A stretch of DNA of 63,888 nucleotides, counting the filler, from Phoronis australis (taxonomy: Eukaryota; Animalia; Phoronida), in NCBI GenBank assembly GCA_002633005.1. It is 8 parts of 8 records of this genome, joined end to end, with 100 filler letters (N's around TTAATTAATTAA, not from the genome) between each part and the next. Parts side by side here need not be neighbours in the genome. Positions count along the whole stretch, not along the records: positions 46,225 to 49,400 come from NMRA01003169.1; positions 49,501 to 59,146 come from NMRA01001796.1; positions 59,247 to 61,849 come from NMRA01003565.1; 5 more parts are not named here. One strand, given 5' to 3'. Position numbers and translations under genes: made by a program. Within the stretch, counting starts at the first letter, position 1, and each line of letters opens with the position of its first letter. The notes beneath the pieces are model-generated. The model was given only the letters and a program-made list of their open reading frames with translations. It made no database searches and was not told the DNA's origin. This document shows positions 48,874-61,765 of the stretch, piece by piece.

Positions 48874-50749
48874 GTACTTTGAGCTTGACACTTTTCTCTT
48901 GAACACATGGTCATGGATGCCCACAGGCGTCCTCAGCTTCTGTTCTGATCGTCCACAATACACTATATAATGTACTACAAGGTATGACACTCCGGACCAG
49001 AAATTCCATAGGTGCTTCACTGCAGCCGTCCATAGCAAACATAAAACTCAATAAATTTACACAAAACAGAGGTTCAACAAACCATGAGGAATTGTTCTTT
49101 CAATGCCATTTTCGGTGTCCTGCTTCATCCAGTTCGCAAGAAATTTGCGGTCAAAGCACAAACATCTTCTCAAAAAGCCCGTCCATAGAAACTCCTTTGT
49201 AAATCGAAGGTCAAGAACGATTATTACGGAATTATCCGATGAGTTACGGATGAACGGCAATTCCCGATTTGTCACGGAAAGTTACGAAATCGTGACAATC
49301 AGCTATTGCCTTTCATCCATAACTCATCGGATAATTCTGTATCGTTTCCTTTTACAAAGGAAAATCTCTGGACGAGCTTTTTGGGAAGATTTTTGTGCTT
49401 NNNNNNNNNNNNNNNNNNNNNNNNNNNNNNNNNNNNNNNNNNNNTTAATTAATTAANNNNNNNNNNNNNNNNNNNNNNNNNNNNNNNNNNNNNNNNNNNN
49501 AACAACAATGGCCGCCAGTGGCCGTCCACTAGGATTTCGCTAGCTGAAACGTCTCCCTCTCTACGGTCTCTGCTATCACCACTAGTACACGCGCGCCCTC
49601 TAGTTAATGTAAATTTCCGAATAGCCCCATTGTGTGTCGTTCATCATGTTTCTACAGGGTCACTTCTCAGTATAGGTGGCGCTGTGTCAGAGGATAATTC
49701 CTTACCGTGATAGGATTCTGTTTCCGTCAGCAACTAGAAATTCGAAACAAGTAAGAGACGCAGGAAATTGTTTGACACTGTTTTGAGGTTGACCAATTCT
49801 AAACTTGCGAATTCGAAAATGATACAAGTACACATTGCGTGTAAGTTGAATTGGTAACGGAACTAGAATCCCACCTCGGTAAGAAATTTTGTGAGCATGA
49901 GAAAAATGGCCTAATTCAGTTTTCGTTTTAAGCCAGCTAAGCAGGGCAAACTGTAGCTATCAAGTTTCTTACAACAGTGGATTACCCCAAGATGTCAATG
50001 CAACATAATTATACTTCTAAACTGAATGGAGACCGCTAAGTGCTTCTAATACCTAGAGTTGCCGGAGACTGAATGTGTTTTGAAGTTTGGCAGTTTTATA
50101 ATTGGCCTAATTATCTCCGTGGTGATTGAAATACAGCACTCCTTCGATACAAATTGTAACACTAGGTTGACACTGTCAGTGGTTTTTGATTGATTACCTG
50201 GATTCTTCATGTACTTTAGTTAAAGTAATGCTGTAAACGTATAGTAAAGTATCGGAGCATATCGATAGTATTTTAACCCGTATTGTCTCAATAGAAAACA
50301 TTTGGTAAAATGCCAATTCGGTAACAGCAATATTAGTTTTATCGGTCCCGCAGAATGACGTAACAATTACACAAATATAACATTAACGTAATAAAACGTT
50401 TCACACGCATGCTGTGTATATATTGTCCGAAAAATGGAAGTCGCCAAAGGTTGTCACTGGCTGAGTGGTGAACCAAACTAGCACTTCAATCTGATTATAG
50501 AGTAGCGGAGCTAACTTGTTAAGCAGGCGAATGCCAACAAGATGTCGTTTGGGTTGTCATAGGCCTAGCGTTCCTGGATAACAGTGGAAGTAACGCCATA
50601 TTGTTTTCTGTGTTATCCAAGCTCTCATTTTTATTGTACGGAGTTTTGGTTTAATTTTCTTTTCTTGTCCTTGAACAATATCGTGTTACATGTTTATATG
50701 GTGATGTCTGAATAAACCAACGATAAAACGTATCTTCAAACGCTCATCT

Positions 50750-51140
50750 GCATTGTCGAGATTCTTATTTCACCAATGCCGTACGTCTGTTTCTCATAAT
50801 CTATGTTTTAGATATCAAAAGAGCAGACGTTATGGCAATATTTGTAAAATACGGCTGAAAATCGTGGCTTCCGACGGAGAAGTGGCTTGCGTCAGGACTC
50901 TTAGAAGAGAGCAGGGCATGTGGCGAAGACTCTGTACTGCCCACTACGAAACATAATACTTTCTTTGTGATGAGCTTCACCATATGAATCTGAGTTCTAA
51001 AATATTGCGAAATGCTAACCTTATTCAGTTGAGAAGAAAATTATACTACGTCTGCATGGATTTAGCCACAGAAGATCACATCTGTGACCATTTTAGGGGT
51101 AATTGCGTTGATGCTTTTGATATCTTATATAGTCTGGATT
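50750..51140 (+). pseudogene. Possible decayed FBXO25/FBXO32-like fragments
   Basis: Short disjoint peptides RRYGNICKIRLKI, MWRRLCTAHY and LIQL...DHIC weakly recall FBXO25/32 motifs in the same order. Unverified. Confidence 0.2.
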
Positions 51141-51464
51141 ACGATGTAGAAACTGAGTACCGCTTGGCTTCAACCTATTAAATGGGTAACACGTGACAAC
51201 CAAATTCTCTTTGTTTGCGACACGATATGATGCTCTTTGCACGCTTTCGCTTTTCGGTGCGTGAAATCGGATTTAGGAGGCGGGGGAAATGAAATATGGT
51301 TGGCTATGTTTATGCTTTGATGTTTTTATTAAAGATTCACGTGTTTCATATTAGTTCTCAAACTGTGAAGCAATTAGGTACAGTTATGTGAATCTGTGCA
51401 GTCAGATTGATGTAATTTGTGAAATAAAAAAATGATCGGTTATCTTTCTGTTTTTGTGCTTTTT

Positions 51465-52625
51465 AATAATCCACACATTTCATGTTGCTTCCCAGACGAA
51501 TGTAGCAATTAGGATCAGGGCGTTTCAATGTATGTCTCGATTAGGTACTGCAAAGAAGTTTGACTACATACGTGTTGGAATGATCCACTCAAGCAGCGTT
51601 ATATAGGCCTATTCAAACTGAGCATCAGATCACCCTGTTGTCTGTCAAGGATATGCACAAGGACCACTGCAGGGTAATGTCAGAATATAGTCTGACAGTA
51701 TTTTTAGTTGTATTGTTTTGTTTTGTAATTCAGTTTGATTGGCATGATCGACCCCTGAATTAAGTACAATGATGATGTAATTTGTTTACTACAGAATAGT
51801 ATGGAACTTTCTAGTAGACTGAGTTCAGTAGTGATGATGTAATTTGTTTACTGCAGTGTGGAACTTTCTAGAAGACTCTGGCATGACAGTGATTAATGCA
51901 GTCTGGAATAATCTAGAGACTAGTACATGTTTGTAGAATGGTTGTATAGATTCAGAAATGTTCTAGAATGTGCTTGAATCGATGTAAAGTTCCAGAACAA
52001 TGCATTAGGCTATAAATACACAAGCACGGGTTTGTGTTAGTCAGATCAAGTCAGTTCAAGAGGAGATCAAGTCAGTTCAAGAGGAGCTCAAGTCAGTTCA
52101 AGAGGAGCTCAAGTCAGTTCAAGAAAGTTAATCAGGCGAATAACAGTTGAGTTGCAGTGAAGAGAATCAGCAGTTACTGCGATAGTCAATAGAGAGCCAG
52201 CTATAGAGACAGCAAGTTATTGAATCAACGAGTGTAACAGTTGCTGAACGTGTATCAGAAGTTCATCACAAGTCAAGGCTTCGCAGCACTGGTTGGAGCA
52301 TAGAACAGACATTACTTCGGACGTTTTGTTTGAGTAGGCTTGTGAACATACGGTCGGGATTAATAAAGGATTAACTCGAACCAGTCTTCAATCAATCGTC
52401 GCACCGAAAGCTATTAGCACCGGTCTGTAACAACCTGCGCCCACCTACACACGGGGGAAAAACGTAACAGATACCTATGGCATTATTACATTTGAGTAAA
52501 TCAGGACCATTACAGTATCACTTGATGCTTGACAAAAGATTGCCTGGAACGCTTAGCAACACAACACATTGATTTTTGAAAGCCGCTCCTCAGTATAGGA
52601 GCTGAACCAACTACTGGAAATGTTT
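51465..52625 (+). repeat. Interspersed repeat interrupted by a solo LTR; uninterrupted copy at ~56545-56905
   Basis: ATGTTGCTTCCC.GACGAATGTAGCAATTAGGATCAGGGCGT and GACCATTAC.GTATCACTTGATGCT..ACAAAAGATT.CCTGGAAC are near-contiguous at 56.5-56.9 kb but separated by an extra ~800 bp here. Confidence 0.8.
51678..52469 (+). mobile_element. Solo LTR
   Basis: TG...CA ends (TGTCAG...GTAACA), TATAAATA at ~52011, 21-bp tandem TCAAGTCAGTTCAAGAGGAG(A/C) x4, AATAAA at ~52363, and degenerate 5-bp flanks GGTAA/GATAC. Confidence 0.7.
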
Positions 52626-53800
52626 TTAGTAGTGCAAGGACGCTTTTAGGCGTCTTGCATTACAACCAGACAAAATTTTGTAAGTAATATTCAATAGTGA
52701 AATCGGATGCCAATTTTTAATGAATTTATTTTCTTTTGGTATTATCGAGATAATACCCTGTTTTTGCGATGTAGATAATTCTCCTTTATTGATGCCTTCG
52801 GAACAAATAATATTTAAGGTCTGGCAAAAAAAATTAATAAATTCTACTGTAAAGCCATTCGGGCCAGGACTTTTGTTGTTTTTTAAATCTTTCGGAGTTG
52901 CATGAATTTTCTCCAAATATCGAAATTTTTAATAACAAGACCTTAGCTGCGAACACTAACATATGAACGGCAGTTGGTTTGGTGCTCTGCACGCCATCTT
53001 TCTCGAGTTCTTGATAGCCACTATTCACTGAAGGTGGGAATCGCAGTCATATTGTCAACTGTATATGTTTGCCTTCAATCACCAACCGATCTCTATTCAG
53101 TCACACTTTGTTTACTTGCGGGCACCGTCTCGCTGACTTGAGAAAAGGTATCAGGCGCTTTCGATTGACAATGATGGGAAGTCCTCATTCACAAATATTT
53201 TCGAGCCTTGAAACTTTCTCTTTTCCATCCACACTTGTTGTCGTTGTTTATAGAACGAAAACTTTGCAACGATAGTACCTTTATCGCCATTCGGGTGCAC
53301 TCTTTCAAAGGTGATGTTGTCGACGCCCATATATCGCTTTAACACTACACGTAAACTATTCTCGCACGACATATCCTGGGATTGCTGGATCGCCACAAAC
53401 ACGAGATTGTTTCTTCTAGAATGCATTTCGAGAGATATGATTTTGGATTTCAAATACCCGTTTTCTTTCTCCAACATAGAACTTTCTCTACACACTGTTT
53501 GGAATTTGCTAAGACCTCTTCCGAAGTGTTAAAGGCTAAGTTCAAAAATTCTTTTATGTGACCGAGTTCGTTCATAATCTCCGTATTAAACCTTTTCAAC
53601 TCACTTTTTAATGATGAAAACCACTCGGGTTCATTCTCTGGCACTTCCTCGTCGTCTATTGGTGTAGGAGATGATGTGGCTCTTTTTCGGCGTCCACTTT
53701 CAAGCAACAAGGAGAAGATAACTTTGAAAATTTGCAGAGCAACAAAACGCACGTTTTGTGCAGGAGCCATTTTACCGGAAGACCTTTACAACTGTTGCTT
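52626..53800 (-). mobile_element. Degenerate L1/Tx1-clade LINE: ORF1 plus an N-terminal RT fragment
   Basis: ORF1 coiled coil then LEMHSRRNNLVF, FERVH, IVAKF, IFVNEDF. ORF2 piece LKNNKSPGPNGFTVEF, GIISIIPK, NWHPISLLNITYKILS. Confidence 0.85.
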
Positions 53801-54094
53801 ACCACCGCAACAATGCAGTTTGAAGAAAGTGGACATTGTCACTGTCTAATTTCTTGGAAAGAAGTTGAGTTTTTTTAACTCCTTTCTACCGTTGCAATCG
53901 TTTCGTGCCAATTCAAAAGGTGTTTTGAAGATATTCGACAGAGCCACTGTCTATTTTTTAGAAAGAAATCGACTCTTGAGAATTCTACCTACATTTACAA
54001 TCTTTGCATTCCCTGCAACAACGCATTTTCGAATAATTTGGACAAGGTACATAATTTCTCCGGAAACCTGTCCATCATGTTTTACCTGGTCACG

Positions 54095-54500
54095 TGCCCG
54101 AGTGTCAGGTCAATCTTTCTAGATACAGCCTCTGCTTTCGACTGTGTCCCTCATGACCTATGCCACAAACTTCGATTCTATGGCATTACCGAGAATCACC
54201 TCATATCTCTGTTCGTACGTACCATGTTCGTGTCAAGCGTGCTTTTTCAACATCATCTCTTCCTGGGTTTTTGCACGCAGGTCTACAATAGGGTAGCGTA
54301 ATAGGCCCTCTTCTCTTCTTGGTTGATGTTAGTAACATTCATGATAACCTGTTACGTGTAACTTTATGCAGATGACAAGCACTTTTTATCCCTTTGCAAG
54401 AGGCAGCCCTGAGATGTTGTTGCTGCTACAAAACGACTTGAATAAAATCAGCTCTTGATCACAAGAATGGAAAATGAGATTTAAACCAGAAAAAACCTTG
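54095..54500 (+). mobile_element. Degenerate CR1/L2-type LINE RT fragment
   Basis: Across frameshifts: IFLDTASAFDCVPH..KLRFYGI, GSVIGPLLFL, LYADD, LQNDLN...WKMRFKPEK. Confidence 0.75.
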
Positions 54501-56375
54501 ACCTCACCTTCTCCAAATCTGATAATTTTCTCCTCTATGTGGGTCCATCCTATGACCTTAAACGTAATAACGAAATCATTCTTAGAAAATAGTCGCACAG
54601 ACGTTTTGCAATATTTCTGACCGAAGCATAAAAATTTTCCCTTCGAGTTTTTATCTCTGCGACCCTGCAATCTATTACTTCCACTGGCGATCACTGTGAG
54701 AAACATCGAACGTTTTATCTACCGATATATCATTAAATGTCCTTTGGTTTTGGGACATCTTTTGTTAGATCATTTCCAGATTGGGGTTAGCCGTTGGGTG
54801 GGACGCAAGCGTCTGTGACTAGCCACTGACGTATATAAGTACTCGCTGATCACATCTTGTTGATAGGTGCATGAGCACCTCTCTGGCCATTGCTTGAACT
54901 TTTACTTTCTCACTGGTGGCCAGTTCTTGAACATCTCTGTTGTCCTGGTGTTGATGTCGACTTTTAAATGGGTGACTTGTGATTTACGAAGACCACTTAC
55001 TGATACAAAATTAAGAAGTATTACTGCTTGTCAAGACGGGTTAGTTTCAGTTGCTCTGGAAGTGCAAATGAACTCAGTGAGTGGGAAGTTGACATTTAGT
55101 ACCAGACCATTGTTTATAGCGGTTTTGTCTTTTCCCAGTGCTTTTCCGTTGCTAAAATCTTGTCAATGCAGCTAAAATGATTAGGGCTTTATGTCAACAA
55201 TCGCAATATTCTATAAAAGTAGCAATTTATTTTAACGCCACGTATGACCTAACCTGGCTACAAGTCATATTTAGGGGCGAATTATTCGAAGGTATAGTTT
55301 TTTTGTTTCAGATCAATAATTATTGTCTACACCACACGCCTCTTCCTGTTTCGCGCATGCTCAAATTCAGATTTTTGTTTCAGTTCTCACCTCCCGCCAT
55401 GAATTCGATGATGCAAAACATGTCGCCACCGAGAGACTGCAAGAGCCAAAATTTAGTTAGACATATCTTTACTTACTATTCTGCACGATTTAGCCGTGTT
55501 CACCAAATTTCAGCCTCGCAGTTGTTACTCATCATGATTAAGTGATAAATGTGCTCACAATTCCCGTTGGACTTCGTCTCATTTCTGGCGGCACCTACAA
55601 TGTCGACTTTTGCTGAACTGAAAGGCATGTTCAATCGGCTACTTTGTAATTTGTAAAGATTTAACGTTGATACATTTTGACAAACGTTGCTTCAAAAAAG
55701 AAACTTTGTTCAATTTTCGTGTTTTTTGTGTTTGTGGCCAGCGACCAGTTAGGCCTAAGAGTAGTCTTGGCGCAAAGCTGTATAGGCCTACTAACAAGCT
55801 GTATTTTGACTATAGTCTTCACTGGTAGCTGGTGACTGAGGCTAACTAAGGTCTGCCGCGGCAGTGTGACACAGGACTAACCAGCCCGTAATTTCATGCA
55901 AGTGTCTGAAACTACCCTTGAATATATGCAGCATTTATCATTTGACCATTTTACTTCGACAAAACAGCTTGCAACCGCATGCATTTACCGTTCGCCAGTG
56001 TCTGGTCTCGATCCGCACCGGGTCCGATAGGCTGCGGTCCCGAGTCTNCAATTTTACTTCGACAAAACAGCTTGCAACCGCATGCATTTACCGTTCGCCA
56101 GTGTCTGGTGTCGATCCGCACCGGGTCCGATAGGCTGCGGTCCCGAGTCTGGCAAAATAATTTCTGTCAAAATTTATTCGCCATATTTCTTCAGCAAATT
56201 CCATAAAATTGTCCGTAGTTTGATTTTATCAAAATTTTAAAAGGCGCGCTGTCGCTTTTTTATCCCCGTTTGCTGGCTGGTAACAGTACAGGCACTGCTC
56301 CAGTAGCACTGACGGCGCCTTTCTCGGCCTGGGTTCCTGAATGAATTGTACTTTCGGGTTCGCGGCAATTTCAAA

Positions 56376-56402
56376 ATGGCGGTGTTTCTTCGGGTGCGAA
56401 TC
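56376..56402 (+). CDS. Candidate short first coding exon (MAVFLRVRI), gene unknown
   Basis: CAAAATGGCG start context in a CpG-richer patch, followed by a GTGAGT donor after 9 codons. Confidence 0.25.
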
Positions 56403-59400
56403 GTGAGTGGCGCGTTCATTTAAAGTGTTTTCGAGTACGGATCGTGTATTAGTTATGGGGGTAGGTACTTCTTGGATCCTTATAACATCTTCTTACCATG
56501 TAATAAGGGTTAACAACGCGTGAGAGAAGGACTTTAATGCTTTTTAATGATCCACACGTTTTATGTTGCTTCCCCGACGAATGTAGCAATTAGGATCAGG
56601 GCGTGTAAATATATGACTCAATTAGGTACTGTGAAGAAATTTAAGTGCATACGTGTTGGAGTGATCCAAGTAGCTTCATACCTTCAAAATGAGCTTAAAA
56701 CACAACCTTTTTCACATCACTCTGATCTTTGTCAAGGAAATGCATAATAACCGCTGCAGGTTCTTATGACATTGCAGAATTTGAGTGAATCACGACCATT
56801 ACTGTATCACTTGATGCTGAACAAAAGATTTCCTGGAACACTCAGCAACAGACCAAAGTGATTTTTGAAAGCGATATGAGTTGAACCAACTACGGGAAAT
56901 GTTTCTAATTGTGCAAGTGAAAAGCTTTGTGTATTGTGTCATTTGGGTGTTTTTTAAAACTAGACTACAACCAAAACCTGCCGTTAGATACATGATTATT
57001 CAAGCACAATTAAGCACAATTCATTCAATGTTTGATCATTTTTGAATTTTATCTCTGAACAAAAATTGCCTGAATCATACCGCTCTTCATGTTGCACATA
57101 CACGACACTATCATACAATGTAGAAAATACAATTATCCAGGCATTTAGATCAATATAATACCTCTGGAGTTCTGTTTACTAGACTGATGTCTATGACGGA
57201 ACTTGCCTGTTAATCTAAGAAGCTGATGCATCACAAAAGGCTCTACATTCACATTTTTCTTAGAAAGGCAAACCTACATCATGTGCCTCCGAAATTCTGT
57301 CTCCCAAACAGCCAAATTACTCAAACAACAAGGCAGAAGACATTTGTCTAGTTTTGACATCACAGGATGAGGTATTTTTCATGCTATTCTCGTATTTGGT
57401 ATTGCCGAATTTGCATTTTGTCTGTATCTGTGAGGTTTTGTTTTTTATTTTTAGAACTGAAACAGAGAAGAACTGTGAGAATGTCAATGAGAAATGTTTC
57501 ACGTCTCTCAATAAAGCACTCTTAATCGGTATTAACTCCTCTTGACTTGCCAACACTCACATTGGTTCTCAATACTGCCGCTCCCTGGATCTCCTCACTG
57601 ACGCCAAATATGCACTGCCACACTGGGAGTAAATCGAGTCAGAGCACAACACTTCATACTCAAATGAGGGTAAGGTCACATGCAAATTACATTCAGTCCA
57701 TTCAGCCTTGAATATACACGTGACCATAAGCCACCCGGAGCAAACAAACGTGAAGTATCTTACAGGAGGGGTAAACCATTTTATCGAACAGGTGAAAGGC
57801 TATTGACAGAGCTAGATCACGACATCTTCGCTTTAATTTACAAATTGCAGAGGTAGCTTTATTTCAAAAAGATCCTTCAAGTACGAAAGCAAACAGACAC
57901 GTCACAAAATGAAGGTAAGGCGTATTCACCTCAACTAAAACAAATACACTAAAATACCAATAGACCAATCTACGAACTTGAAAGAATTTGAGGCACAAGA
58001 AAAATTGCCACTGGGGACGTATTAGCAGTTGAAAAAGTCCGAAGGTCTCCATCAGACGAGATGGTCTCCAAATGAATACTTCCATCCAGTCTCATTAATC
58101 ATCCTTGAACCAACTCGGAAAGAGACCCTGAAAAAATCAGAAGGAAAAATGTAATGGCCACAGGGGTGCAGACTCCGCCTGTAAATGCTGGTGTCGTCGT
58201 CTCTATAACGGATTATATTTGACAAATTTAAAGAGCATCCCTCAAGGAACTGGGAACAAAGGGTAACACGCAAATTAACACTCAGGGACAGAGCGGTAGA
58301 AAATACGTCCAAAACTGGCTCCTGCCATCCAATCCGTCATGTACATGTATTCTACAAAATTCACCAAAATCCATTAAAGAGTGTCAGAGTTACGGCCGAT
58401 CAAACTTGTAGTGGAACTTGAAAGATTATCAACACTGCTGTGGAACGCAGCCGAAATCGGATAAATTGAGAAATCATGTAGCTAATCTCTCTCTGACATG
58501 ATTACAAGTGCAGAATTTCATGACCATCCTATAAACGGTCCAGCAGATGGCGTTAAAACCTGGACACTCATTCCTGCCACTTGGTGTCGCTTTTCTATTG
58601 AATTGACCAATCAGAGAGCCAGATTGTATTGTTGTGCTTAGTTACTTCAATATGGCTGCTCCCATAGAGTGTGATAACTGTCTAATTCAAGGTTTATCAA
58701 ACTGCACAAAATTGTGATGTCAGAGCCTAAAGAAGCTTAGTAACGCTTCCTGACGAAAGCTGATGGACTGTGGAACTCTGTAGATCAGTAGATCAAAAAG
58801 AAGAAGAGGTGTCACAGTTTGTGCAGAAAACAGCTGCATGTCCTGGCTTAGCCTACACCGTGTATTGCTGAGTGCTGTAGACTAGAAGACCAAGTGTCAG
58901 ACCAACAAATTGAGAGGACATAGAACGGCATAGCAGCGTTTCAAGGCACCAACAGTAGTACTAAAGCTGAAGTTGCTGAAAGTGATAGAGATGTTATCCA
59001 AGATTTCCCAAGAAAATCAGTTATACTTCCAAAATCTGAAATACCCAATAAACCTGAACAAGATAGGAAAATTCTGAAACATGAGTGCATCATTTGTTAG
59101 CAGGAAAAGTATATTATGGACCATATTTCAAGAAAGAGAAAGAAGTNNNNNNNNNNNNNNNNNNNNNNNNNNNNNNNNNNNNNNNNNNNNTTAATTAATT
59201 AANNNNNNNNNNNNNNNNNNNNNNNNNNNNNNNNNNNNNNNNNNNNGTCAGCAAAACTTGAACAAATCGATGAAAATCTGTCGCGGTTTGCTCGAGTTTC
59301 TCTCAGTTACCGGGTGCCATTTGAGGAAGTTACGTGAAATTACGCATGTTGATGAATAAATGTCTAAGGGACACACATCTTACAAGTTTCACCCAATACC

Positions 59401-59823
59401 TTCTCATGCTATTTTACAAGTGTCACGCGCTAGCGTCACGCGCTTCGCTGAGTCTCGCACTAACCTTTGCCTGACTCACGTGATTCAGCTGACATGATTT
59501 ATGATTATCGCGCACGCGGTGATAAAATTAACGGCAACCAAAAAAGTGAAGTTGTAATTCTTCGCCAAAGTCAACTTAATTCTCACAACTAGGCTTAAGA
59601 TATGTATAGCAGTAGAAAGGACCAATGATGAAAGAAAGCGTTTTTTAAATGATAGTTTTAAGAGCAGAATGTATTTTTGACGAGGTGAAAACTCGAAATC
59701 GGTAATCCAAATCCGGTCACAGCCCGTTTAAAATACACTGAAGTAACGAAATGAGTACAGAAAGCGAATGGAAGTATTGTAGCCCCTATATGGCCAACCG
59801 AGGGTCTACGTCATGTTGCCTAC

Positions 59824-60018
59824 TAGATGGCTCCGCGTTGGTTTGAATGCGCTAAATCTCTCCTTACTCCCAGCTCTCCTAATGTTGTTTATCCATTTTT
59901 CACGAAGTTCTTGGTTTGCAGGGAACACATAAAAACTCAGATTTTTATCTCTCTTGTTGTTTTTGAAGCAGCCAGGAACACAACAAGTGTATCCGCCGTA
60001 AGTTTTCTTCGCGCTCAT
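59824..60018 (-). CDS. THAP zinc-finger domain fragment (transposon-derived or host THAP gene exon)
   Basis: MSAKKTYGGYTCCVPGC..N...LSFYVFP.....REKWINNIRR...FKPT..HL. The C-terminal CxxHF is missing; a possible GTAGGC donor lies at 59823. Confidence 0.7.
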
Positions 60019-60384
60019 ACCGCATGTTATGCTTGATACTATGGCCGCTTTCGGAATCCTGACCACAGCACCCACAATGCACCATTTTAACCTAATTTCA
60101 ATATGGCGTCGCTGCAAATCCGCTATTGTTTAAGTCCTTATAATAGAAGAATACTTGCGCAATGTTGATGTTCAGGTCACTCACTTAATATAGAGAAAGG
60201 TAAAATCATAACAGTGTCCAGCGCCTTGCATTGTATAATCAGAAGGTTAGGCTTTAAGGGAACTGCTCTCTGTGTAAATACTCTGGATATGCATTTGAAT
60301 TTATGTATTTAAGTATGTGTAGGCGAGCCCTACGATGTACAATAAATGATATGCGCGCGCCCGCGCGTGTTTGTGTGTTTCGGT

Positions 60385-61220
60385 TTATTTTGGTAGAATA
60401 CCTTCTTTTATACATGTTTCATTGAAAAGTGAGCTGTTCTTGGCCTTAGATAGTTTGTTCAACAAATTTTCATATTGTCTACATACATGTAAATATCTTT
60501 TGTCAGATGGCAGTTGAAATAGTAGATCACCGAGTGTGAGAGGTATCAAAAAAACAAACGTATGAGTATACATAAAATAAAACACTGTAAAAAACATTTC
60601 ATAGTAAAACAGTTGCTGTACTTCGAATAGCCTTTAGTCATCCAAGGCAAATAAATTGAAACTTATAAACCATATTGTGTATGATACATGAAACAAGAAC
60701 AATGACTTTAAACACAAATATAAGGTAACATAAATAAGAGCGAAATTTCTGAAGGAATTGTCATGGGAACTAATGTACTATGATATGTTTTAAAATATGA
60801 AATACATAGGTATTACAAAATATGGACATTTACGTATATAATGACAAGGTACGATGAAACCTAGTATCTTGGGAATTTATGTCACGAATTTCAGTTTTTG
60901 ATATTGAAGCTTCGAGAATTTTTAGACAAAAAATATCCCGTTCAAAATACCTGACAATGTGTGAACGGAACATTATTTTCTTTTTGTGGATTGTTTGAAA
61001 GTGATCTTTAATGGATCCGTTGCGCAAATGCATAGATAACCGGCGAGATAAAGTGCAAGTTGTATAGGCAACATATCGTGAACAAATAGTGTTAGAACGA
61101 ATACATTAGTTGGGAGCAATTGAACTGATAAATCAAGTTTTGGCCAACATTTGGATTGACTTTGCGCACATATTGTTTTTAATAGGATCTTTAGTTTTAT
61201 GGTTTTGGTAAGGGACAATT
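60385..61220 (-). mobile_element. Penelope-like element: GIY-YIG 3' end followed by the ORF 5' start (pLTR / partial tandem)
   Basis: Frameshifted NLIYQFNC...YVAYTTCTLSRRLSMHLRNGSIKDH...LKILEA...INSQ, then LGDLL...RQYENLLNKLSKAKNSSLFNETCIKEGILPK. Confidence 0.75.
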
Positions 61221-61595
61221 AACGAAAGGCTATCTTATGGTTTAACGGTCTTAATCTGAGTACTCGTGAGTTCTCAAACCGGTTAGAATCGCTAAACAGG
61301 TGTCCTATACTTACCTATAGAAGCCAGTGGCAGACAACTGCACTTGGTCCATATTGGCAGCTCGGACCCAGTCGACCCACGTACCATCAGGTTGTGAGTC
61401 AACATAGGGCTGAAGTCGACTTTTCAGTTTACTGCATGCATTCTGTAATAGAAGTATGAAAGTGAACTCAGAGAGAAATCACCTTGGTCAACATACATGT
61501 AGCAACTTTACATTCAAGCATAAGTCAAACCTGTACAAATATCAATACATGACATGTTTTTACTTCATGAACGAATAGAAAGCCACTCTGGATAC

Positions 61596-61765
61596 TCACA
61601 ATATTCCCCTAACTCACATGTCTTATTTTGGGAACCACAATACCGTGGAAATGTTTAAAGAAGTGCATACTGCAGATATTCACAATATTCCCCTAACTCC
61701 CATGTTTTATTTTGGGAACCACAATACCGTAGAAAATGTTTAAAGAAGTGCCTACTGCAGACATT
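61596..61765. repeat. Direct tandem duplication of ~85 bp
   Basis: TCACAATATTCCCCTAACTC.CATGT.TTATTTTGGGAACCACAATACCGT...TACTGCAGA occurs twice. Confidence 0.85.

Noticed and set aside
57559-57622. Possible minus-strand exon (WQCIFGVSEEIQGAAVLRTN) with AG/GT ends
   Set aside because: No recognisable homology and no partner exons identified.
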